Virus record (IMG/VR): IMGVR_UViG_2534681766_000009
Span: 1-7,461 of that record
Reading direction: 5' to 3' (one strand)
Length of the DNA stretch: 7,461 bases
Origin: a virus
Lineage: Duplodnaviria; Heunggongvirae; Uroviricota; Caudoviricetes
The position numbers and the translations under genes were made by a program. The notes under the pieces were generated by a model. It was not told the DNA's origin. It ran no database searches and saw nothing but the letters and a program-made list of their open reading frames with translations. Shown here in pieces: positions 1 to 6,819 of the stretch; within the stretch, counting starts at the first letter, position 1, and every line of letters begins with the position of its first letter.

Positions 1-1224
1 ATTGAATTAGTTAAATCTTCAGAAAAAAGAATTGAACCAACGACGACTAAATTAGATAAAATTAAATATATTTGGGAAAAAACATTACCTCACCGAGAGC
101 TTGTTTTAGGCGGTTTAACAATTCAAACACGAGCAAAAGGAAATAACGAGGCTGTCTATAACCCCTCGGAAATGAGCGACGGTGAGCGAGTTATTTTCTA
201 TCTGATTGGGCAATGTCTTGCAGCACCCGAAAATGGAATTATTGTCATAGACGAGCCTGAAATTCATCTTCACAAATCTGTACAAGTTCCATTATGGAAG
301 GATATAGAAAAACTCCGACCTGATTGCCTGTTTGTATATATGACTCATGATACTGATTTTGCTGCAGCACTGCATGATGCAAAGAAAATCTGGTTAAAAA
401 GTTATGATGGTTCCAGTTGGGATTGGGAAGATGTTCCCGATGTCGAAGGCCTACCAGAAAGTTTATTAATTGAAATATTGGGTAGTAGAAAACCAATTGT
501 TTTTGTTGAGGGGGAAAATGGAAGCTATGATGTATCCCTTTATCGTGCTGTGTTAAATAGTTATCTAGTGATACCATCTGGTTCTTGTAGTCAAGTAATA
601 CAAAATGTTAAAGCTCTAAGAGCCAGTGAAAAACTCCATTATATGGAAGTTTTTGGTATTATTGATAGGGATAGACGTGTTGAAAATGAAATTCAATCGC
701 TTCTGGAATACGGTATTTATACTCTAAGCGTGGCTGAAGTCGAAAATCTCTTTTGCGTTCCGGAAGTTATAACTTTAGTTAGCGAACGATTAGTCAGGAA
801 TCCAGATAAAGATCTACAATCAGTTAAAGATTTTGTGTTCCGTAAAATATCCTCAGAGCTGGATACTCAGATTTCACTGCGTGTGGCTGGCGAAATTAAA
901 TTCATGCTTAATTGTTTTGATGAAAAAGCAAAAGGGGTCGATGCTCTTAGTAGAGCTCTTGAGTTGTTGACGTCACAAATTAATGTTAAAGAGCTTTATG
1001 ATGAAAGTTTATCTCTGTTTAATAATGCAGTTGAGAAACGTGATTATCTTCTTGCATTAAAACTTTATAACAGGAAAAGCCTTTCATCCCAAGTAAGTAA
1101 GCATCTGGGGCTGGCTAATGGACAGCTTGCTGAATTAGTGGTCAGGATGGCTAATAATGAAAGTGGAGAGTCAATGAGAAATGCTCTCAGACCATATTTT
1201 GGTGAGTTTTCGGGTAAAATATAG
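1..1224 (+). CDS. 5-prime-partial CDS (about 407 codons in window): C-terminal half of an ABC-type ATPase (AAA_21/OLD-like) fused to a Toprim/DUF4435-like nuclease domain; candidate anti-phage protein (OLD-family or PARIS AriA-AriB-fusion-like)
   Basis: Frame 1 is open from nt 1 to the stop at 1222-1224, so the gene starts upstream of the window. ATPase motifs in order: signature-like SEMSDGER (nt 166-189), Walker B IIVIDEPEIHLH (D at 250-252), H-loop-like YMTHDTDF (about nt 340-360). Downstream Toprim-like motifs: IVFVEGENGSYD (E at 508-510) and GIIDRDRR (661-678), i.e. a Glu then DxD about 50 aa later. AT-rich composition contrasts with the phage block. Walker A is not visible (outside window). 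Confidence 0.7.
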   Translation: MELVKSSEKRIEPTTTKLDKIKYIWEKTLPHRELVLGGLTIQTRAKGNNEAVYNPSEMSDGERVIFYLIGQCLAAPENGIIVIDEPEIHLHKSVQVPLWKDIEKLRPDCLFVYMTHDTDFAAALHDAKKIWLKSYDGSSWDWEDVPDVEGLPESLLIEILGSRKPIVFVEGENGSYDVSLYRAVLNSYLVIPSGSCSQVIQNVKALRASEKLHYMEVFGIIDRDRRVENEIQSLLEYGIYTLSVAEVENLFCVPEVITLVSERLVRNPDKDLQSVKDFVFRKISSELDTQISLRVAGEIKFMLNCFDEKAKGVDALSRALELLTSQINVKELYDESLSLFNNAVEKRDYLLALKLYNRKSLSSQVSKHLGLANGQLAELVVRMANNESGESMRNALRPYFGEFSGKI

Positions 1225-1376
1225 TTATACAGAGTGCATAATACTTATCGTGACTGTGGTTGGATGATGTGTGTGGTTCATGTGTCTGCTCCTCGCTCAC
1301 AGCAGGCTGTCAGATTTGATAGCGTTTGGGCTATGTAAATTGTCAGTTGGAAAATGAGTGAGTGCAAGTCAGGACA

Positions 1377-1405
1377 GGCGGGCGAATTGCCCGCCTTTTC
1401 TTTAT
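1377..1405 (+). terminator. Rho-independent terminator (7-bp GC stem GGCGGGC / GCCCGCC, 5-nt loop GAATT, then TTTTCTTTAT)
   Basis: Perfect inverted repeat 1377-1383 / 1389-1395 followed directly by a T-rich run; lies between the cargo gene and the FI promoter region. Confidence 0.6.
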
Positions 1406-1480
1406 CTGTTGTTTCATCCACTGACCAGACAGGTCAAATAGCGTCTCAGGCACTGCCCAATAGAAAATAGTTGCACCCAT
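1406..1480 (+). promoter_or_regulatory. Putative Ogr-dependent late promoter (P_F-like) upstream of the tail sheath gene, containing a TGACC-N5-GGTCA dyad
   Basis: Position directly upstream of FI start (RBS GGAG at 1487-1490). Perfect palindrome TGACCAGACAGGTCA at 1422-1436. An imperfect TGT-N12-CCA at 1410-1427 resembles the TGT-N12-ACA late-promoter element as I remember it. No convincing -35. -10 and TSS not determinable by eye. Confidence 0.3.
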
Positions 1481-1499
1481 TAACCACGGAGTTAAACGG

Positions 1500-1934
1500 A
1501 TGAGTGACTATCATCACGGCGTGCAGGTGCTGGAGATTAACGACGGCACCCGCGTCATTTCCACCGTATCCACTGCCATTGTCGGCATGGTCTGCACGGC
1601 CAGCGATGCGGATGCGGAAATCTTCCCCCTCAATAAACCGGTGCTGATTACCAATGTGCAGAGCGCAATTGCAAAGGCCGGTAAAAAAGGCACGCTGGCG
1701 GCATCGTTGCAGGCCATCGCCGACCAGTCAAAACCGGTCACCGTTGTCGTGCGCGTGGAAGACGGCACCGGCGAAGACGAAGAAACGAAACTCGCGCAGA
1801 CTGTTTCCAATATCATCGGAACCACCGACGAAAACGGTCAGTACACCGGACTGAAAGCCCTGCTGGCGGCGGAGTCGGTACCCTGGACAATCCGGTCAAG
1901 CGTGGTGAGCAGGTCATCGAACAGGTCACGCTGA
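1500..1934 (+). pseudogene. FI: Truncated tail sheath protein gene (P2 FI family): about 127 native N-terminal codons followed by an out-of-frame 17-codon tail
   Basis: N-terminus [40 protein letters not shown]... matches the P2 tail sheath FI N-terminus as I recall it. Sheath proteins of this family are about 396 aa; here the frame runs into E-derived sequence read out of frame ([17 protein letters not shown]) and stops at 1932-1934. Confidence 0.8.
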
Positions 1935-2286
1935 TGAAACCCAATGCCGGGACGCTGCGCGGTGTCAGTCTGGCTGCGGTCGCGAACTCCGAAGTCGATG
2001 CACTGATTAAGGTGCTGCCGCGCATGACGGCACCGATGCTGACCGAGCAGGAAGTCGCCGCGCTGGAACTGCCTGACCTTGTGGCGCTGGCCGGTAAGGT
2101 GGTCGGTTTTTTGTCGCCGAACTCGGTGCAGTGACGTTCCCGAAAAATCTGTCGGTCGATGACCTGATGGCGGATGTGGCAGTGATATTTCACTGGCCGC
2201 CATCAGAACTATATCCCATGAGCCTGACCGAACTCATCACATGGCGCGAAAAGGCGCTCCGGCGAAGCGGAAACACGAATGAGTAA
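1880..2286 (+). pseudogene. E: N-terminally truncated tail assembly chaperone E with its -1 frameshift extension E' (P2 E/E' family); no native start codon
   Basis: Frame 2 reads [24 protein letters not shown]...GFLSPNSVQ to the stop at 2132-2134 with no ATG before the internal Met at 1934. Slippery T_TTT_TTG at 2107-2113; the -1 frame then stays open to TAA at 2284-2286, overlapping the T start, as in P2 E/E'. Confidence 0.7.
2107..2113 (+). other. Programmed -1 ribosomal frameshift slippery heptamer T_TTT_TTG (E to E+E')
   Basis: Heptamer in the 0-frame of E, seven codons before the E stop; the -1 frame is open for about 58 codons after it. This is the conserved chaperone frameshift arrangement of P2-like and lambda-like tail operons. 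Confidence 0.7.
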
Positions 2287-4726
2287 CAATGTAAAATTAC
2301 AGGTATTGCTCAGGGCTGTTGACCAGGCATCCCGCCCGTTTAAATCCATCCGTACAGCGAGCAAGTCGCTGTCGGGGGATATCCGGGAAACACAAAAATC
2401 ACTGCGCGAGCTGAACGGTCAGGCATCCCGTATTGAGGGATTTCGCAAGACCAGTGCACAGCTCTCCGTGACTGGTCATGCACTTGAAAAGGCACGGCAG
2501 GAGGCCGAAGCCCTTGCCACACAGTTTAAAAACACCGAACGTCCGACCCGTGCTCAGGCGAAAGTGCTGGAATCCGCAAAGCGGGCGGCGGAGGACTTAC
2601 AGGCGAAATATAACCGCCTGACGGATTCCGTTAAACGCCAGCAGCGGGAACTGGCCGTTGTGGGAATTAATACCCGCAATCTTGCACATGATGAGCAGGG
2701 ACTGAAAAACCGTATCAGTGAAACCACCGCACAGCTTAACCGTCAGCGTGACGCGCTGGCGCGTGTCAGTGCACAACAGGCAAAACTTAACGCAGTCAAA
2801 CAGCGTTATCAGGCCGGAAAGGAACTGGCCGGAAATATGGCCTCAGTGGGCGCTGCCGGTGTGGGGATTGCTGCTGCGGGAACGATGGCCGGTGTTAAGC
2901 TGCTGATGCCCGGTTATGAGTTTGCGCAGAAAAACTCAGAATTGCAGGCTGTGCTCGGTGTGGCAAAAGACTCCGCCGAAATGGCCGCGCTACGCAAGCA
3001 GGCGCGCCAGCTCGGCGACAATACCGCCGCCTCGGCAGATGATGCAGCCGGGGCGCAGATTATTATTGCGAAAGCCGGTGGGGATGTTGATGCCATTCAG
3101 GCGGCAACGCCGGTCACGCTGAATATGGCGCTGGCGAACCGTCGCACGATGGAAGAAAACGCCGCCCTGCTGATGGGGATGAAATCCGCCTTTCAGCTTT
3201 CAAACGATAAGGTCGCTCATATCGGGGATGTTCTCTCCATGACGATGAACAAAACCGCCGCCGATTTTGACGGCATGAGCGATGCGCTGACCTATGCCGC
3301 ACCTGTGGCAAAAAATGCCGGTGTCAGCATTGAAGAAACCGCCGCAATGGTCGGGGCGCTGCATGATGCAAAAATCACAGGCTCAATGGCGGGGACGGGA
3401 AGCCGTGCCGTGTTAAGCCGCTTGCAGGTACCGACGGGAAAAGCATGGGATGCTCTCAAAGAGCTTGGAGTGAAAACCTCAGACAGCAAAGGAAACTCCC
3501 GGTCAATATTTACCATTCTGAAAGAAATGCAGGCCAGTTTTGAGAAAAACCGGCTCGGTACTGCCCAGCAGGCTGAATACATGAAAACTATTTTCGGGGA
3601 GGAGGCCAGCTCAGCCGCCGCTGTGCTGATGACTGCCGCCTCAACCGGAAAGCTGGACAAACTGACCGCTGCGTTTAAAGCCTCAGACGGGAAGACCGCA
3701 GAGCTGGTAAATATCATGCAGGACAACCTCGGCGGTGACTTTAAGGAGTTTCAGTCCGCTTATGAGGCGGTAGGGACAGACCTGTTTGACCAGCAGGAAG
3801 GCGCACTGCGTAAGCTCACACAGACGGCCACAAAGTATGTGTTAAAACTCGACGGCTGGATACAGAAAAACAAATCACTGGCGTCAACCATCGGCCTCAT
3901 TGTCGGTGGTGCACTGGCGCTGATTGGTATCATCGGTGCCATTGGCCTCGTAGCCTGGCCGGTTATCACCGGCATCAATGCCATTATCGCAGCAGCAGGC
4001 GCAATGGGGGCAATCTTCACGACGGTTGGCAGTGCCGTTATGACGACTATCGGGGCGATTAGCTGGCCGGTAGTGGCCGTGGTGGCCGCCATTGTCGCCG
4101 GGGCGTTACTTATCCGTAAATACTGGGAGCCTGTCAGCGCATTTTTTGGCGGTGTGATTGAAGGGCTGAAAGCGGCATTTGCGCCGGTGGGGGAACTGTT
4201 CACGCCACTTAAACCGGTGTTTGACTGGCTGGGTGAAAAGTTACAGGCCGCGTGGCAGTGGTTTAAAAACCTGATTGCCCCGGTCAAAGCCACCCAGGAC
4301 ACCCTGAACCGTTGCCGTGACACGGGCGTCATGTTCGGGCAGGCACTGGCTGACGCGCTGATGCTGCCGCTTAATGCGTTCAACAAACTGCGCAGTGGTA
4401 TTGACTGGGTACTGGAAAAACTCGGTGTTATCAACAAAGAGTCAGACACACTTGACCAGACCGCCGCCAGAACTCAAGCCGCCACGTATGGCAGCGGTGG
4501 TTATATTCCGGCGACCAGCTCTTATGCAGGCTATCAGGCTTATCAGCCGGTCACGGCACCGGCTGGCCGCTCTTATGTGGACCAGAGTAAAAACGAATAT
4601 CACATCAGCCTGACGGGTGGTACTGCACCGGGGACACAGCTTGACCGCCAGTTACAGGATGCGCTCGAAAAATACGAGCGGGATAAACGTGCGCGCGCCC
4701 GTGCCAGCATGATGCATGACGGTTAA
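2279..4726 (+). CDS. T: Tail tape measure protein (P2 gpT family), 815 aa, apparently intact
   Basis: Single 815-codon ORF, the length I recall for P2 gpT. Coiled-coil-like Q/R/A-rich N-terminal third and a long Gly/Ala/Ile-rich hydrophobic segment (about nt 3880-4110) typical of tape measure proteins. Start ATG 2279 overlaps the E' stop (ATGAGTAA). Confidence 0.9.
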   Translation: MSNNVKLQVLLRAVDQASRPFKSIRTASKSLSGDIRETQKSLRELNGQASRIEGFRKTSAQLSVTGHALEKARQEAEALATQFKNTERPTRAQAKVLESAKRAAEDLQAKYNRLTDSVKRQQRELAVVGINTRNLAHDEQGLKNRISETTAQLNRQRDALARVSAQQAKLNAVKQRYQAGKELAGNMASVGAAGVGIAAAGTMAGVKLLMPGYEFAQKNSELQAVLGVAKDSAEMAALRKQARQLGDNTAASADDAAGAQIIIAKAGGDVDAIQAATPVTLNMALANRRTMEENAALLMGMKSAFQLSNDKVAHIGDVLSMTMNKTAADFDGMSDALTYAAPVAKNAGVSIEETAAMVGALHDAKITGSMAGTGSRAVLSRLQVPTGKAWDALKELGVKTSDSKGNSRSIFTILKEMQASFEKNRLGTAQQAEYMKTIFGEEASSAAAVLMTAASTGKLDKLTAAFKASDGKTAELVNIMQDNLGGDFKEFQSAYEAVGTDLFDQQEGALRKLTQTATKYVLKLDGWIQKNKSLASTIGLIVGGALALIGIIGAIGLVAWPVITGINAIIAAAGAMGAIFTTVGSAVMTTIGAISWPVVAVVAAIVAGALLIRKYWEPVSAFFGGVIEGLKAAFAPVGELFTPLKPVFDWLGEKLQAAWQWFKNLIAPVKATQDTLNRCRDTGVMFGQALADALMLPLNAFNKLRSGIDWVLEKLGVINKESDTLDQTAARTQAATYGSGGYIPATSSYAGYQAYQPVTAPAGRSYVDQSKNEYHISLTGGTAPGTQLDRQLQDALEKYERDKRARARASMMHDG

Positions 4727-4740
4727 GGAGGTGACGAAAA

Positions 4741-5220
4741 ATGATGCTCGCGTTAGGTATGTTTGTTTTTATGCGCCAGACGCTGCCACACCAGACCATG
4801 CAGCGTGAATCAGATTATCGCTGGCCGTCAAATTCCCGTATCGGTAAACGGGATGCCTACCAGTTTCTCGGCGTTGGTGAGGAAAACATGACGCTTGCCG
4901 GTGTGCTTTATCCCGAACTGACCGGCGGCAAGCTGACGATGACCACGCTCAGACTGATGGCAGATGAAGGCCGGGCGTGGCCGTTGCTGGATGGTACCGG
5001 CATGATTTACGGCATGTATGTCATCAGCAAGGTGAGTGAAACAGGGAGTATTTTCTTTGCAGACGGCACACCCCGAAAAATTGATTTTACGCTGTCGCTC
5101 ACCCGCGTTGATGAATCACTGGCCGCGCTTTATGGCGATATCGGTAAACAGGCGGAATCGCTCATTGGTAAGGCTGGCAGTATGGCGACTAAATTCACGG
5201 GTATGACGGGGGCGGGATAA
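4741..5220 (+). CDS. U: Tail protein U (P2 gpU family), 159 aa, apparently intact
   Basis: 159-codon ORF, the length I recall for P2 gpU, N-terminus MMLALGMFVFMRQTLPHQ. Strong SD AAGGAGG at 4725-4731 about 9 nt upstream. Stop TAA 5218-5220 overlaps the D start (TAATG). Confidence 0.88.
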   Translation: MMLALGMFVFMRQTLPHQTMQRESDYRWPSNSRIGKRDAYQFLGVGEENMTLAGVLYPELTGGKLTMTTLRLMADEGRAWPLLDGTGMIYGMYVISKVSETGSIFFADGTPRKIDFTLSLTRVDESLAALYGDIGKQAESLIGKAGSMATKFTGMTGAG

Positions 5221-6381
5221 TGCTGGATGCGCTGACATTTGATGCAGGCAGTACGCTGACGCCGGATTACATGCTGATGCTCGACAGCAGGGATATTACC
5301 GGCAATATCAGCGACCGTCTGATGAGTATGACCCTGACGGATAACCGGGGCTTTGAGGCTGACCAGCTTGATATTGAACTGAACGATGCCGACGGGCAGG
5401 TCGGGCTGCCGGTTCGTGGCGCTGTCCTGACGGTGTATATCGGCTGGAAAGGTTTTGCCCTGGTATGCAAAGGGAAATTTACCGTTGATGAGGTAGAACA
5501 CCGGGGCGCGCCGGATGTGGTCACCATCCGCGCCCGGAGTGCAGATTTTCGCGGGACGCTCAATTCCCGCCGGGAAGGCTCCTGGCATGACACCACGCTC
5601 GGTGCGATTGTTGAGGCGATAGCCTCCCGTAACAGGCTGGAAGCCAGTGTCGCTCCGTCACTGGCCGGAAATAAAATCCCGCACATCGACCAGTCGCAGG
5701 AGTCTGATGCGAAATTCCTGACCCGTCTTGCAGAACGCAACGGCGGTGAGGTGTCGGTAAAAATGGGAAAACTGTTGTTTCTCAAAGCGGGGCAGGGGGT
5801 GACGGCCAGCGGTAAAAAAATCCCGCAGGTCACCATCTCCCGCAGCGACGGCGACCGTCATCATTTTGCGATTGCTGACCGTGGAGCCTATACCGGCGTA
5901 ACGGCAAAGTGGTTACACACCAAAGACCCGAAACCGCAAAAGCAGAAGGTAAAACTGAAACGCAAAAAGAAAGAGAAACACCTGCGCGCACTGGAGCACC
6001 CGAAAGCGAAACCGGTCAGGCAGAAGAAAGCGCCTAAAGTACCGGAAGCGCGCGAAGGTGAATACATGGCCGGTGAGGCTGACAACGTTTTTGCCCTGAC
6101 CACGGTATATGCCACGAAAGCGCAGGCCATGCGCGCCGCTCAGGCGAAGTGGGATAACTGCAACGGGGGTGGCGGAGTTCTCCATCAGCCTGGCTACCGG
6201 TCGGGCAGATATTTACACGGAAACACCGGTCAAAGTGTCAGGCTTTAAGCGCGTCATAGACGAGCAGGACTGGACAATCACTAAGGTGACACATTTTCTG
6301 AATAATAGCGGCTTCACGACGTCCTTGGAGCTTGAGGTCAGGCTTTCTGATGTGGAGTACGAAACAGAAGATGATGAGTGA
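5220..6381 (+). pseudogene. D: Tail protein D (P2 gpD family) interrupted by a +1 frameshift in a G5 run at 6165-6169; would be 386 aa if one G were removed
   Basis: Frame 3 ORF 5220-6248 (MLDALTFDAGSTL...) continues as frame 1 ORF ending at 6381 (GVAEFSISLATGRADIYTE...EDDE). Removing one G from GGGGG joins them as ...KWDNCNGVAEFSIS..., close to the 387 aa I recall for P2 gpD. Could be a genuine pseudogene or a homopolymer sequencing error. Confidence 0.8.
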
Positions 6382-6399
6382 TGTTTTTGTTTTATCTGT

Positions 6400-6428
6400 T
6401 TGTTTTATAAGGACAAATTAACTAAAAT
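6400..6428 (+). promoter_or_regulatory. Putative sigma70 promoter of ogr: -35 TTGTTT (6400-6405), 17-nt spacer, -10 TAAAAT (6423-6428)
   Basis: Hexamers with canonical spacing in the D-ogr intergenic region, about 34 nt upstream of the ogr ATG at 6462; RBS GAGGTG just upstream of the start. Confidence 0.4.
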
Positions 6429-6461
6429 GGCACCATCAACAAACCGGAAGAGGTGCTCGCG

Positions 6462-6679
6462 ATGTTTCATTGTCCTTTATGCCAGCATGCCGCACATGCG
6501 CGTACAAGCGCTATATCACTGACACGACAAAAGAGCGTTATCACCAGTGCCAGAACGTGAATTGCAGCGCCACGTTCATCACTTATGAGTCGGTACAGAG
6601 ATACATCGTGAAGCCGGGAGAAGTCCACGCCGTAAGACCGCACCCGTTGCCGTCAGGGCAGCAAATTATGTGGATGTAA
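6462..6679 (+). pseudogene. ogr: Late transcription activator Ogr (Cys4 zinc-finger, P2 Ogr/Delta family) disrupted by a 1-nt deletion near 6508-6511; would be 72 aa if restored
   Basis: Frame 3 from ATG 6462 reads MFHCPLCQHAAHARTS then diverges and stops. Frame 2 carries the rest: ...RYITDTTKERYHQCQNVNCSATFITYESVQRYIVKPGEVHAVRPHPLPSGQQIMWM to the stop at 6677-6679. Inserting one C (AGCGCT to AGCCGCT) restores a 72-codon ORF with the C-X2-C-X22-C-X4-C pattern. No single frame currently has all four Cys. Confidence 0.8.
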
Positions 6680-6690
6680 TTACAAACAGG

Positions 6691-6720
6691 AAGCCCCTCA
6701 GTCGAGGGGCTTTCTGTTTT
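6691..6720 (+). terminator. Rho-independent terminator after ogr (9-bp stem AAGCCCCTC / GAGGGGCTT, 4-nt loop, then TCTGTTTT)
   Basis: Perfect inverted repeat 6691-6699 / 6704-6712 followed by a T-rich tract, 12 nt after the ogr stop. Confidence 0.7.
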
Positions 6721-6819
6721 GGGGAATATTCTTCATTAAAAGTAGTGGATCACGTTTAATAAACTATGTTTATCATATACTTAAAAGTAACTTTTTAAAG
6801 TTGGACAGGTTGGTGGAAA

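Noticed and set aside
245-577. 110-aa ORF on the minus strand inside the ATPase-Toprim gene
   Set aside because: Fully embedded antisense to a motif-bearing + strand CDS, with no RBS and no recognisable domain; most likely a chance ORF.
1264-1470. Two short ORFs (about 24 and 38 codons) in the intergenic region upstream of FI
   Set aside because: No convincing RBS; they overlap the terminator hairpin and the putative late promoter, so are more likely non-coding regulatory sequence or a gene remnant.
1934-2134. 66-aa ORF starting at ATG 1934 as an independent small gene
   Set aside because: The same frame is open and E-like upstream of this Met, so it is the internal part of the truncated chaperone E, not a separate gene. 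It could still be a functional initiation site after the deletion.
1514-2203. Several minus-strand and alternative-frame ORFs (1514-1825 -, 1654-1854 +, 1813-2193 -, 1838-2203 -) across the FI-E region
   Set aside because: They overlap the recognisable FI and E reading frames, and their translations are Arg/Ser/Pro-rich low-complexity sequence typical of off-frame reads through GC-rich coding DNA.
3880-4110. Long hydrophobic Gly/Ala/Ile-rich stretch that could be mistaken for a separate membrane protein
   Set aside because: It is in frame within T and is a typical tape measure protein feature, not an independent gene.
2340-4799. Multiple antisense or alternative-frame ORFs inside the tape measure gene (e.g. 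3292-3726 -, 3760-4449 -, 4374-4613 +, 4605-4799 -)
   Set aside because: All lie within the single intact 815-codon T frame. GC-rich coding sequence commonly yields long stop-free off-frames; their translations are low-complexity and lack start context.
5130-6185. Antisense ORFs within D and the end of U (5130-5588 -, 5267-5836 -, 5658-5864 -, 5888-6130 -, 5913-6185 -)
   Set aside because: Embedded in the recognisable U and D frames, with no RBS and low-complexity translations.
6109-6381. 90-aa ORF 6109-6381 as a separate gene
   Set aside because: Its N-terminal part is Arg-rich nonsense and its C-terminal part continues tail protein D after the G-run frameshift; it is the 3-prime portion of D.
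6470-6679. 69-aa ORF starting MSFMPACRT as an independent gene
   Set aside because: It is the downstream frame of ogr after the 1-nt deletion; the ATG at 6470 is an out-of-frame chance start.
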